From NCBI RefSeq assembly GCF_963921235.1, contig NC_086097.1:82710001-82774000 (forward strand): 64,000 nucleotides of DNA, read 5' to 3'. The position numbers and the translations under genes are program-made. The DNA comes from Mobula hypostoma. Taxonomy: Eukaryota. Below, piece after piece: positions 13,536 to 27,112 of this stretch. Every line of letters starts with the position of its first letter. The stretch's first letter is position 1. Under the pieces are notes generated by a model. It saw only the letters and a program-made list of their open reading frames with translations, was not told the origin of the DNA and did not search any database.

Positions 13536-14974
13536 GCAACCTCCTGTCTTCAACAGTTCCACTTCCACACATTTGTAAGGTAATAATTTCAATTAGGCAT
13601 GGATAGGAATCTTGCCTTCAACATTGAAATTAAGCCAGCTGTTATCAACTCTGTAGAAGCTACAGGTTCATCTGACATACAAAATTCCTGCTCTTTCTCC
13701 AGTTACAAATTAGCACTTGTATTAAAATGGGTGCATTTGAGGTTTTTTTCATGGAAAGGTTCAGCACTGTAATACACAAATTAACATGGGTCAAGGTTAA
13801 CTGTACAATCTGTATAGAAAATAATCTTTTGCATTATTTGGAGTTTTGTTCAAAAATTTGAGTTTTGGTTAATCAGTTTTTTTTTAAACTTCTGTTTATG
13901 AAATAACTAGACAATTTTACTGGAATATTCATCAAACAATATAATCCATTCAAAAACCATTAAAAGTAATTTGACAGTTTGTCAGTGCTGTAGTTTCAAG
14001 TAGTTGGCTCAAAACCATTAAAAAGTGTGTGCAAAGATGGTGGATTAGAGGGCAAGGAAGGTAGCGATGCAGGATAGGATGGTGCATGTAAAGAAGATTG
14101 TAACACACAGCAGGGTTTTGGATGTTTCTCTTTCATTCTCTTTGGCAGTTGGTTGCAGGCTGGTATTGCAAGGAGCTCAAAAACAAACTGGCTTCGGCTT
14201 CTTATCCAAGAACCGTGTGCTCTTCACGTGCATCACGAAGATGAATGGACTGAGAAAAGGAAGCAGAGAAGATCCAAAATAACCATGAAACAATACAAAA
14301 TTATTTAACTCTCTTTTTTAATGCGTGTGAATACAAAATGTTGGCTTGACGCACACATATCACATGATTTCTGTCATTTAGTTAATGATTGGTAGGATTA
14401 CAGCAGGCACACCTTATGAGTTTTGATCTTCAAAATCTGAGCATCAATTTTTCATTGCACAAATACCCAGGTTGCAAAGTTTATTGGTTGGTGAAAAGAA
14501 AAGAGGTTCAGACTACTAAAAGTTAACTTTAGGGTGCAAGTCTTCCTAGGGAGAAAAATCAGGAAAAAACGCTGTTGGAATGATTTTAAAAAAGCACATT
14601 ATGGATGAAATACACCAGGATGAATAACCTTTGTGAGTCATAAGTATTTTAGATACGAAGCACGTCAGTGCGTGTTTGTTCTGCAAAGATTTCAATGTAA
14701 GCAGCCTTTTTTTCCAGATTGGTGCTGTCATTAGATTCCCTTCAGATTCAGTAAATCTGTTGTCCATGATTTCAGGTGACAGCCTATGACAGTTTTGTTT
14801 TACAGCAATGAGCACAACTGTGCAGTAATCCCTACTTATGGAAGGATCAATTCAGGGAAGGTGAATTTAAGTCTTATCATGGTTATTTGAAATATTATAT
14901 TTAAAATATCTGGAATGACAATTCTGAGTGAGTATTAAAGCAGTTCAGTTGTAAAAGCCTGAAACACTCAAGGT

Positions 14975-15045
14975 CAGGGGTTCCCAACCTGGGGTCCACG
15001 AACTCCTCAGTTAATGGCAGAGATCCGTGGTATAAAGAAAGGTTG
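14975..15045. mobile_element. Truncated hAT MITE
   Basis: Starts CAGGGGTTCCCAACCT, the same TIR type as 1367; only a partial right TIR (AAAGGTTG). Confidence 0.5.
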
Positions 15046-15329
15046 TTTGCAAAGGAAGCCTACTATCTCTACCTGGTCTGGCTTGCATATGACTCCAGTA
15101 CCACAGCAGTTACCTTCTGAATGTTTATTGCCCTCTGAAGTGGCTTAGTAAGCCACATATTTGTCTCAGATTGGTAGAACTAAATAAAACCAGGTTAATT
15201 CCTTGGTTAAACAAGAAAGATGTTCATTTTCATTGGGATGACTTGTAAATTACAAATAATCCAAAACCAGGTATATTCAGAGCACTGATCTAGAGTATAA
15301 TAAATAAAATTTAAAAATCTGCAGCAATC

Positions 15330-17093
15330 AATGACTATGCAATCTAGAACTATACATGAAGTTCAGGTGTGACCTATGGAAGGCTATGTTAAGAGTGTAA
15401 AAACAATTCTGATTGCTGTTAGAGACAGAATCCAATGCACAGCAGATGTGTCTGGATTTGCAGATCATAACTTCCTAAAAAGCAAATCTAACATCATGAA
15501 TGGCTGTGATGTTTCACTCCCAGATGAGCTCAATACTTTTTATGCACGCTTTGAAAGGGAGAATAAAACTCCACCTGTGTGAATCCCTGTAGCATCTGGT
15601 GACCCTGTGATTTCTGTCTCAGAGGCTGAAATCAGAACGTTTTTCAAGAGGATGAACCCTCACAAGGCGTCAGGTCCCGATAGTGTACCTGGTAGGGCTC
15701 TGAAAATCTTTGCCAACCAACTGATGGGAGTGTTCAAGGACATCTTCAGTCTCTTACAGCTACAGTCAAAGGTTACCACTGCTTCAAAAGGGTGACAATT
15801 GTACCAGTGCACAAGAAGAACAGGGTGAAAGGCCTCACCCAGTGACACATATCTATTGTGATAGAGTGTATTCAGAGGTTGGTCATGGCTAGAATCAACT
15901 CCCTCTTAAGCAAGGATCTGGTCCTGCTGCAATCTACCTATTGCCACAATAGGTTTACAGTGGATGTAATCTCACTGGCTTCCCACTCAGCCTCGGATCA
16001 CCTGGACAAGAGCAATACCAACATCAGGCTGCTGTTTATTGATTGCATTCAGCATTCAACACAACCATACCCTCAGTTCTAATCAACAAACTCCAGATAA
16101 TGGGCCCCTGTACCTCCCTCTGCTACTAGATCCTTAACTTTCTCACCAAGAGGCCACAGTCAATGCAGATCAGAAATAACATCTCCTCCTTGCTGACAGT
16201 CAACACTGGCACACCTCAAGGGTGCACACTTTATCCCATTGCTGTTTTCTCTACACCATGACTGAGTGGCTAGGCAGAGCTCAAACACCATCTATAAACT
16301 TGCAGATGACACAACTATTGTTGGCAGAATTTCAGATAGCGACAAGGAAGAGTACAGGAATGAGATAGATCAGCTGGTGGAGTGGTGTCATAATAACAAC
16401 CTTGCACCCAATGTCAGTAAGAGCAAGGAATTGATTGTGGACTTAAGGAAGGAGAAGTCAATGGAACACACACCAGTCCTCATGGTGGGATCAGCAGTGG
16501 AAAGGATGAGCAGTTTCAAATTCCTGGGTGTCAGCATCTCTGAAGATCTATCCTGTTCCCAACATATTGTTGCAATTACAAAGAATGCATGACCACAGCT
16601 GGAGTTTAAGATTTGTTACGTCACCAAAGACTCTAGAAAATTTCTACAGATGTACCATAGAGAACATTCTAACTGGTTGCATATCTGTCTGTTACCGAGG
16701 GCCACTGCACAGGATTGAAATAAGCTGCAGAAAGTTGCAAACTCCATCAGCTCCATCATGGGCACTAGCCTCCCTGGCATCGAGGACACTTTCAAAAGGT
16801 GATGCCTCAAAAAGGCAGCATCCATCATTAAGGACCCCATCGGCCATTACATACCCTCTTCTCATTGCTATATCACAAAGGAGGCACACACCCAATGTTT
16901 CTGGAACGGCTTCTTCCCATCCACCACCAGATTTCTGAATGGACAATGAATCCATGAATACTACTTCCCTATTTTTCCTCTCTTTTTCACTACTTAATTT
17001 AATATTTTTACATATTATGTATTGCAATGTACTTCTGCCACAAAACATCATATTTCACAAAACATGCCAGTGATATTAAATCTGATTCTGATT
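15330..17093 (+). mobile_element. Degenerate Rex1/Babar LINE
   Basis: SLPDELNTFYARFE, KASGPDSVPGRALK, IYKLADDTTIVGRI..EIDQLVEWCHNNNL; 3' tail (CTGATT)n near 17082-17093. Confidence 0.85.
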
Positions 17094-18654
17094 TTGCCAA
17101 AACTGGAACATTTTGATGGCCCTTATCCTGAAATGATTCCTTGGATTCTCTTTTCACAGCCTGGTCCACTGAGAGTAACCCTTTTCACCAGTTCCCATCA
17201 GATTTGATGAGACAAACCCCTGCAGTTGTTTAAGAAGTTGTTACCTTCATTTGAGTAATAAGAACACCCCAGCGTCCATTTCCTACTGTGTATATGTGAA
17301 TAAAGACTCTTATTGTTTCCCTTCAATTAAAGGTGTGAGGTAGATATTGCAAATCTGTTTAGAGATCAAGTATTAAGAACTGAAAACCTCAATATTTTAG
17401 ACTTTCAAATAATAGCTTTTCATTAATTTTGAAGAAGTGGAGGTGCTTTGCGGTTTTAAGGTAGATTTGTAGAAGTGGTACATAACACTGCCAACTCCAG
17501 TGTTGCAAGCAAATGACCAAGGCATGAATCATTGCATAGTTAGAGAGTGACCAAGTGAATGAATGTTCCAATGTTGACTTTCCCTGTTTGACTTTCAAGG
17601 ACTGAGATAGTTAGCAGCTGTTGCTGACATGGCAGTAAGTATGATATTTAAAGTCAGTAGGCAGGAATTCCGCAGCTGGTGTGACACCATCAGTCTACCC
17701 CTAATTCCCGGACTGGAAGGAGTCGGAGCTATGTGGAAATCAGTCTTCTTTCTATGCAGCTCTAACACTGTATTGGGACTGTGGTGGTCCTTTAGCAGCT
17801 GGTCACTTAAGATATTGTGTATTGGCAGTGAGCTCAGTGATACTGTTATCAATGAACCACACCTCTAAGCACTTTCTTAGAAACCCTGAACTACTTTATT
17901 CCTACACACGGTAGTTCTAGAATGCATAATTATCAACCTACGATAGCTGTTTGTCGTGGGAGCAGTTTTATAACCTTATGTTTTTACATAAAGTATATAA
18001 TTTATGGCAGCTCCTTGGTGGTTTATTATTGTTTTATTTCACAACAGTGTGTTTATAAACATTTGGAAGGGACATTTAATGCAGAAGTAGTTGCCTGACT
18101 TAATTCTTTGGGTAATTATCTTTTGCAGTCAGTACTTGCGATATATCAGATATATTTACTAAGCTTCCTAATATGTCCCGCCCTATTATAAAAATCACCA
18201 ATGAAACTTTGTTTCAGGAATTCAAATCATCACACGTAGTTTGTATGGTTTCAATATCTCCTTTTCTATGCTAGCAATAGGAATGTGTTGCAATCCTCCT
18301 TCTGGAATTTCATTCATCACTACTTTTACAAGGTAGACCTTACTAGTCATTTATAAGAAAATATATTTTTAAAATTTGCGCATTTTGAAGTTATAATAAT
18401 ATTTAAATCATTCCAAGTTGCATGACTATTGCAGAAATTAGAAGAATTATAATTATTCTGCATCCTCGGAAGATAATTATTTTGCTACCTTTGAATTGAG
18501 TAATGCAATATGAAGTGTGTGTGCATGTGTGTATATGTATTCATTCCATGGTATAACTTATTAGAATTAAAAGAATTAAAAATTAGAATTACTCAGTTAT
18601 GATATAGAGCTAATAGATGGCAGCAATCAATTTGTCACTTACTATGTCAATAAA

Positions 18655-18775
18655 GTATAGATAGATACTTCATTAATCCCAAAGGAAATTACAGTGTCAC
18701 AGTAACATTACAAGTGCACAGATATACAAATATTAGAAGAGAAGAAAGAAAGAATAATTAATAAGTTACCACAAA
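18655..18775 (-). mobile_element. Short 3' end fragment of a Rex1-like LINE
   Basis: Minus strand ends in a (TATC)n-like tail after a thymine-rich 3' UTR-like segment. Confidence 0.35.
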
Positions 18776-19653
18776 TGAGACACCAATAAGCAAACAAATT
18801 GAAGGCTGAGCTGCAAGGTTAAATCAGTTTATTGAACTGTCGGAAGGCATAATGAAAATTACAGTGGCTTGTTCAAGCTGGATGTAGAGTAGAGTTCTCA
18901 GCAATCAGAGATGATCAAGGTTCAGTGACTGTGGAGATAGGAGATCAGGGCATGGTGTGGGAGAATGCAGTAAGCAGTGAGAGAGGCAAGGTCAAGGAGA
19001 GGTTGGGGGAGAGTGGCAGCAATGAATAGAGTCTGTAATGGACAGATTAGCTTTGAGCAATGGAGATTCTAGTCTTCCTCCTAGACCATAAGCTATGTTT
19101 AAAAATAGTCACCATTTCATCCATCACTTTCTCCTCCATTTAACTTCTCTGAACTTGCATCATACACCAGTGTAGTCTCTTCAGTTACCTGATGAGATAA
19201 CCGTAGCTTTTGGTCCAGCAGATACTGGATCTCATTTGTTTTTTTTTATTGACCACACAGCCATTTGGTAAAATGTCTTGGCACCAATAAGCAACTTCGA
19301 TAATGGCAAAAAAAGTCCAACCTCTGTGGTCCTGCCAGTGCATTCAGAGCTCAAAGCTGCAAAGGGTGAGAGACCATCACACACCTCTTGCTCCAAGACT
19401 CCAGTGCATGGAAAGTGTGGAGATAAATGTATTACTCTGTGTTCTAGTAGTTTGAAATGGCAGAACTCCGTGCTCCACAGACAGTTCCCGGGTGCTGATT
19501 GAAAATAAAACATCCCCTCTGCTGGACGACCATGAACGTATGATAAAGGCCCCTTGGTCTGGTTGAAACCTGTTGGCTTACCAGCAGAATGTGCACCTGC
19601 TTGCTTTGCTGTGATCTGCAGCTGTTATTTCATGCTCTCCCAAACCCGTCTGG

Positions 19654-20839
19654 TGTCACAGTGGTGGGGCATTGGGAGCAAGGGTGGACCCAAATGCAAG
19701 ACACATCTTGTGAGGTTACTCAGATTTAGTTTATTGTTCGATACCAGGAGAGCAAGGCAGGAGCAGGAGTAGCGAACTGGACAAGGACTCAGGACTACGA
19801 CTAGGCTGGGACCAAGGGTCTGGGCTTGGGCTTGGAATCGGCTCCCAGAACTAGAGGAGACATGAAGATTCTAGGGTATGGACTCCGAGCCCGAGACTGG
19901 GCAAGGACCCAGTACCTGGGTCTTGCCTCGGGCTCGGACCCCAGAACCAGGCATGGACATGACATGGGCTAGGGAGAGGAGGAACCTGGGAACGCAGAGC
20001 CTCAGTCTTGGGAGAGCAGGTACATGGAACCATGGATACATACACAGAACACAGGGTCGGGACCCCTCCTTGGCTACAGGACATAGGGCCGGGACTCATG
20101 AACCACCGCGGGACAACGGCAAGACTGCCTGACTTACCACATGGAGGCGAGGACAAGACAAGACAAAACCAACACGAATGAACACCAGACAGTACCTATC
20201 TAGCTCCAGTGATGGAACTAGACTGAAGTGCAGGCGGGGGCTGCAGATGAGGGCTAGAGTCGAGAGGGGCAGAGAAGGGATTCAGACAAGGGGCCAGGAC
20301 TTGACTCAGAACTGGGAAGCCGCCAGGGCCAGGACTTGACTTGGTGCTAGAATGCCGCCAGGGCCAGGACTTGACTTGGTACTTGAATGCCGCCAGGGCC
20401 AGGACTTGACTTGGTGCTAGAATGCCGCCAGGGCCAGGACTTGACTTGGAACCTCCGGGTAGTGGCGAGCTCTCGACTCGACCCGGGAACAGTAGACAGC
20501 GGTTCTTGATTCCCTCCGGCAAGTTAACTGACGGACCCATCTCAGTGAGGAAACTTTGCAGGCTCGCTTTGGCAAGGTAACTGGACAGGGTTGCACCGGT
20601 GAGGAAGGCGAATTACCGGCACTCGCTTCGGCAGAGACTAGGCTTGCTCCGGCCAGATGACATTGCAGACGCTCCCGTGCCGAACGGCTGAAAGCCGGAC
20701 ACTATAAACTAACGGTTCAGCGGAGTGTTAATTGCCTCTAATCACCAAAGTCGAGGGACACGGGAAAACAGGGAATCAACGGTCCGGATCGTAACATAAA
20801 CAAGCTAAATTTAAAGGGACCCCAATCCGGACCATGACA
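19654..20839 (-). mobile_element. Solo LTR, 1186 bp, probably Gypsy-type
   Basis: Termini TGTCA...TGACA; perfect 5-bp TSD TCTGG (19649-19653 and 20840-20844); GC- and CpG-rich against AT-rich flanks; AATAAA on the minus strand at about 19730. Confidence 0.85.
20291..20449. repeat. 35-bp minisatellite inside the solo LTR
   Basis: Unit GCCGCCAGGGCCAGGACTTGACTTGGTGCTAGAAT starts at 20319, 20354, 20389 and 20424, with a partial copy at 20291. Confidence 0.95.
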
Positions 20840-23287
20840 TCTGGGTGCATTCAAGAGAAATCTGACCCATGCAATGGACCTTTTGAGAGAAATCTACTTA
20901 TGCGAAGGAGTCTTGGAGCGCACCACATTAACAAGTGGAACGGAATATGTGGCTGGTTAGCCCATTGTTCTGAACTGAGCCATTGGTTATCTGCAGTGTA
21001 TGTGTCCGTGTGTACTGACTTGTATGTCCAATCATTGCAGATGTATGGAAAGGGCTGGAGGTTAGATGCAGGAACATTCCCACACTAGTTCTTGCGTGGT
21101 ATGATTGGAAATGGGAGACTAATCTCCCAATGCCAAAAAATATTTGGAAAGAGTCTTGCCTTTAGTTTATTTACTTATTTGCTCTGGCTTTCAGATCTGC
21201 TTTAATTCTGCTAACTGAAGGGTTGGGAATTACACCTTCAATCACTCTGCCTTTTTTCTGTTGTGTTCACAAACAATGCAGTGGGGATGAACCATGACTT
21301 GCTTTCAGTGGACATTTTAAACAATAATCACCAATTGTACCTTCAAAGTAAACAAATTAACTGTCCCATCATGTACTGCAAGGGTATGCTAATTGAAGGT
21401 GAATTTTAATGATTAACTTTTAAATCAAGAAATTAAAATTCATCCTTGATTAGAATACAAAAAGTATTGTCTAATTTACAAGTTACAGTCTATGTTGCCA
21501 ACTTTGATTGTTTGACTACTTGTATCTTTGTATCTCTAACCCTCTTTCCTCCTTTTTCCTTAATCTAATTCAATCAATATTATTCCCTTTATAAAGAGGA
21601 TGCAGCCTGGCTTTGCAGCTTTCAAAATTCACCAATGTTAATTCAACAAAATACATTTCTATTACTGGGAATGTTGCTCCTGTACTCCAAAATAATCCAG
21701 GAAAATATTACAGTTCATCTTTGCCTCAGTGTGGCTGCGAATTGGATAAAGAAATGAAAGAAATACTCATGTTTCAAGATGCCAACTGAGAGGATAGTTG
21801 TACACTAGATCATTATTTGCCCAGTGTAGCTATGAATGGGTGTTGTATAGATTCCTAAAAAGATCCCATTTCTCCCAGTGCTGCAAGACTTGTACATTTG
21901 AGCACTGTGCTTTGTAACTGCCCTCTGAACAATAAGCAGCAGACTGTACAATTTGGGCTGAGCACCTGATAGCTGTTTTGTTGTCAGTTGTTGATGTTTT
22001 CAATCATGCTCTTTATAAAGTGACAAGAATGAATTCAATGAATCATCTCCTGGAATAAGTGCTGAGCCTTAATTAATGTAAGAAATTTGACTTCAGTTGG
22101 AGAACTTGGCAACAATAAGCAAAACTTAAACTTTTGACTAGCAATAAAGTTTTACTTCAGAGTTCTTTACTAATTTTCTTTCTGGTAATTCCTCCAGATG
22201 AATTTACTGCAGTTGGGAAGAGTAGATGACTTTCTGAGGTGTCACTAAAATAAATTTCTCCATAGCGTTGAATGAGTAGTTCTGCATCAAAGCCTTTCAT
22301 TTCCATCAAAATGAGAATGAAACTTGATTACCTTACACTAATCTGGCAGCTTCGGCATGAAACATTTCAGTAATAGAAACTCAACTTTGAGTTAATAAGC
22401 TCAGAAGTAAATGATTATATTCTTGTCACCCCAGTGTTTCCTATTTTATCTTACAGTACTGAAACTAAAATTGCTGTGCTGTGATTAGTTCTATTCTGAA
22501 ACAGAACTTGAGTTCTTTAATAAAATGCTGCTGCTCCCTTCTTGAAGACATTTTCGGCATTGGAAGTACATCATCTGGCACTGTGTCTAAATGTAGTGGT
22601 CAGGTGACGGTCACATGCGGCCAGTACAGCAAAACCAGTGAGCTCATGTGACCAGCACAGCTGGTGTCTTACAAGCAGTCAGAATATATGTGTACCATGA
22701 CTTTATTTTGATGCACAAATGCAGATGAGCAAGTCACCCTAGCAACTACAATATATTGTTCCGCAGCCACGAATCAATTAATCTTGATCAAGTCTTGAGC
22801 TTCAAACAAATCCTCTGAAAATAAATTTTGAGACTAATTATTTTATAAAACTTGGACAAACATAGCAGTGAGGAGAGCTTTAGTTTACTTGCTTCAATAT
22901 ACTTGGCAATTAATAGCTTGTTGTATGTACCAGTTTATCTGTGATATCTCTGTTGAACATTGCTGATTCGATAGCTAGACACTAATTTACAGTGTATATG
23001 ATCATGCAAGACCTCCATCTACTGGACAGAGTGTGTTGTGAAATATCCAGAGATGCTTGCACCATTCTTGGTGCATTATTATCACAACAGCCGAACGTCT
23101 CCAGTCAAAAGAAATGTATCATCTTTGGCCAACGCTACCTAAAGTAGTAGGGATCAAAATGTAGCCCATAACCTGCTGCTGGGTTTCCTTCCCCAAGAAA
23201 CACTTCACGTGTGTTACAGTGGATTCTTTTTTTCCTTACAGAAAAGCCTTATGAGAAAGAGAGGAAAACGACAGCAAAAGCAACACA

Positions 23288-23438
23288 ATGACATCGGCCA
23301 CAGATTTTGATAATGTAGAGATTCAACAGCAGTATAGCCATGTCAATGCTCGGTGGGAACTCTCTGATGAAGGTGAACTGGATAATGACAACAGCTCGGC
23401 AAGATTGTTTGAACGTTCCAGGATCAAAGCTCTTGCGG
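23288..23438 (+). CDS. SPTB: First coding exon of a beta-spectrin, most similar to erythrocytic SPTB (exon 23242-23438 including 5' UTR; phase-1 donor)
   Basis: Translates to [50 protein letters not shown], the beta-spectrin N-terminus; MTSAT and ELDNDNSS are SPTB-like. Acceptor ttttttccttacAG (23240-23241) and donor G|GTAAGG (23439), just before the expected DERE codon. Confidence 0.9.
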
Positions 23439-26400
23439 GTAAGGTGTCTGAACTCCAGTTTCTTTTCTGAGAATTTGTTTGGATACTGCTCATGCCCTCA
23501 GCTATTTTGGTTCATGTTCCATATCTTTTAGTTATTTGATGTATATCTTTTTTACTACAGGGAGGTAATTTGTTTCATTAAATGAGTAGTAGTTAATAAG
23601 AAAAGAAAATCTATCCTGAGACTAAAATAAAAAAGGTTTACATATATTATACACGTACATTACATATATTTAAGCATACATGCTTAAAATTGCTTTAAAT
23701 GATCAGTTTTCTGCATGATTAGTAGTAATTCAAATCCTGCAAGAAGTTTTGCAAGCTCCTGTCATCATTTACAAAAACAATTTTTAAGTGACATGCAAAA
23801 GGTAAGTTTTCTAAAATATGCTTTTGTTCTGCCTGTATATTTGAGACTGAAAGTATCTGGACTGTTCACTTCTTCCACTATTTCCATTTTCAATTGTAGA
23901 TTGTTATAAAAATCAATCCATTCTTCTGCATAAAAAGAACCCTGAAAAGATCTAATAATTAACATCATTTTAATGGTACTCATTCTATACACACAGGGAA
24001 TGTTTGCATAATCTAATGCATTTAGGTCTATGTGGAGCTTCACAGTGATCTATTGATTAAATAGCTTATTCACATTGCAGATTTGATTATTTTCTATAAG
24101 GGGAAATGTTCGCCACAACAAAATGTTTGGCAAATTTTTGTGTTACTTGTTCATGCCAACTCGCATCTTGTATCCTAACTGTAGAAAAAAAGATTGCACA
24201 CTTGAAAGTTTCAATGAAAATACCACATTCACAGTTATAAATATTTTCAATACTATAATTTTAGAGAGAAAATAAATCACAGTGTTTCTGATTCCAAGTG
24301 GCATATCCTCATCTGAAAGATTTCAGTCAAACAGTTGTCCAAATAAATTGCCCCACAGCAAATTATCACTCAATGACCTTGGGACCTGTTATTTTGAGTG
24401 TTTGGCCTTTACGAGGTAGGTAATGTTAAGACCAAAGTTTGATTCAACCAACTTATATATAAACCTAAAATATGATCCAAAAATTGGATTCTAAATGGTT
24501 AAATTTTTGAGAAGTAATTCTTGAAATCTTTTTGTAGTAGATTATGACTGATTCTTCTTCCAGAATATGAAAGCTCTCCAACATTTTCAGTACACTGATT
24601 ATATATTCTTTAGATTGTAGTCAAAGCAGTCTTCGAAGGATTCACACCCCTGATAAACTTGGATGCCTTCTTATGTTATGGGTTTGGATATTATACAGCT
24701 TTGATACCCAAATCTGCAAGTTATGATACCTACCATGTATTGTGTCTATTCCTTTAAATTCTGCTTTTACTTCTTCCTGGGATTATGTGTATTGGTGTCA
24801 TTAAAATAGACTGTGACACAGAACTCCAGTCTGTGAGTTAATTTGCATGCTATTCACCTGCTTCAGATATCCCACCTATGTCCAGTCCGGATCTCATTCA
24901 CCGCTCGCACATAGACATTTGAGTCAAAAGCAATTGGAAGCAGCTTTCCCAGTGCAGCACAATGACCATTAAGGAGTCTGTAGAGTACAGCAAGCAGAAT
25001 TTTATTTGAGTGTATGCACAAGTCCCTCTGGGTTAGTTCCAAGAAATTATCTGTAAATCAATATATTTGGGAGATCCTGGGATAAGAGAGATTTTACTTG
25101 CATGTTTGAACTCATGACTTATCTTTATCTCCCAACATTTCCCAGAGTGTCTTCAGAGCCATCGTGAACACTTGTAGCTTTACAGTTGTTCTAGCATATG
25201 TATGTCAAGTAACATTGTGATTACTGACGAAATTAGACATTATTGATCTATAAAACTGGATTATGCCAGCCTAACCAGGTTGCCTTTGACGAGGCAGCTG
25301 GACAAATATTATCACAACCCTAATCTCCTGCGCCAATCCATCAGGATTCTGACCCTCGTACCCTGATCCAACCTCTTAAAGTCTTCATTTCCTTCTCAAT
25401 AATTTTACTAAATTCACCTTACCTTTTAACCTTCACTTCCTTACCTTGCCCTACAAAAGACATCAAAATCACCCAAACCACCACTCTCCCCTGACCCCAA
25501 ATCTAACCCCTTGAACCCTCTCAGGCAAATGATGAACTAGTTGTGAGATGCATTTGTTTTCTGAAGCAGTATGGGGTTTGCTTCAGAGAGGCCATTCGCC
25601 ACCTTAGACTGTGTATGTGACAGAACAAAATAAAGTATTTGTTGCCGAGCACTCAATTGAAACCACTTTTTCAGGTTGCAGGGAATTTTGAAAGTTATAA
25701 GGCTTCTTGTACGATGCCATGCTACACAAAGCAAATGAAAGTGATCAATTTCACCGTTGCTGATCTAGTGTTTATTCTTGCTGTTGCACTTAGGAGTAAA
25801 GGCGATCAATTCCATCATTTCTCAAATAGATTTACATCACCTGTAGGAAGTTATGTTTGAAGCAGTATTTTTCATCGACCCCACCAATATTTTTATATAT
25901 CACCCAGTTATTTATTCTTTTACACCTCATCCTTACCAGCAGAACCCTCTGCGATGGGTGCTAGAGCACCTGCCACGCACCTGGCCCTGACACACCAGAA
26001 AACAAGCATACTTAAATAACACTGTTTCTGGATTCCATTTCAACATTCAACGCTATTGTCCCACAGACCCTGGCGGACAAGCTCCTGCTCCTCAGTCTAA
26101 ACACACCACTGTGCAACTGGGCGTTGGACCTCCTGACCAGCAACCCTCCCCTCCGATGGTCAGGGTGTACGACCGCTCCTCTCTCTCCATCATCCTCAAT
26201 GCAGGTGCCCCCCCTCCCCCGCCCAGTGCTATGTGATGACCCCATTGCTCACCCCTGACAGCATGGCCAAACACCAGAGCTATCAAGTTGTCAAACTTGC
26301 TGATGACCTTACAGTGGTGGGGCTCATCACCAACAATGATGAGACGGCCTGCAGAGAGGAGGTGCAAGAGCTCAAGACCTGGTGCCAGGCAAATAACCTC

Positions 26401-26482
26401 TCCTCAATATTACCAAGGCAAAGAAGATTGTTCTTGATTTCAGTAAAACTCACACCAGTGGCTTGCTTCTTTACATCAGTGG

Positions 26483-26705
26483 GAAAAAAAGGAAATTGCC
26501 TTTTAAACTCATGGGGCACATAGGCCATCAACTTTTAGCTATTGATGTTTCTGTAGCAGGCAATTTCTCTTTTTATGAGGTCGAGTTGCTAGCTCGACGC
26601 TCAACCCAGCACGGATGGAAAGCGTGCCAGGGGAGCCAGCTGGGTTCGAACTCAGGAGACTTCGCTCCAAAGTCTGGCACTGATGCCACCATGCCACCAG
26701 CTGGC
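26483..26705 (-). mobile_element. tRNA-derived SINE with a long TSD
   Basis: Minus strand has A-box-like TGGCATGGTGG (26686-26696), B-box GAGTTCGAACCC (26642-26653) and a T-rich tail; direct repeat GCTTCTTTACATCAGTGG at 26465-26482 and 26704-26721. Confidence 0.8.
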
Positions 26706-27112
26706 TTCTTTACATCAGTGGCAGGTTCAAACTCCTGGGAGTGCACATCTTGCACAAGCTCTCATGGTCGCAGAACACATCCCATACAATCAAGAAAGCT
26801 CACCAACACCTCTATTTTCTGAGGATGCTGAAGAGAGCTGGACTTGGCACATCAAAACTCCCCACCTTCTGCACACGCACAGTAGAGAGCGTCCTAACAA
26901 GCTGCATCACTGCATGGTATGGAAGCTGCACTGCGACGGACAGGAAGGCTCTACAACAGGTAGTCAACACTGCCAATGCATCACTGGCACCAGCCTACCC
27001 AGCATCAAGGAATATCTGCCGAAAGGTACCAGAAAAGGGCCGGTAACATCATGAAGGATCCCACACACCCTGCTCATGGACTGTTTGTTCCATTCTCATC
27101 AGGGAGAATGCT

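Noticed and set aside
20291..20449. CRISPR-like array of regularly spaced repeats
   Set aside because: The units are head-to-tail 35-mers with near-identical intervening sequence, inside a solo LTR in vertebrate DNA with no cas genes; this is a minisatellite.
23439..23470. Continuation of the spectrin ORF ([10 protein letters not shown])
   Set aside because: It is read-through into the intron past the GTAAGG donor; similarity to beta-spectrin ends at KALA.
26642..26705. tRNA gene
   Set aside because: It has A and B boxes but no convincing cloverleaf, and it continues into a body and tail flanked by a TSD, so it is a SINE head.
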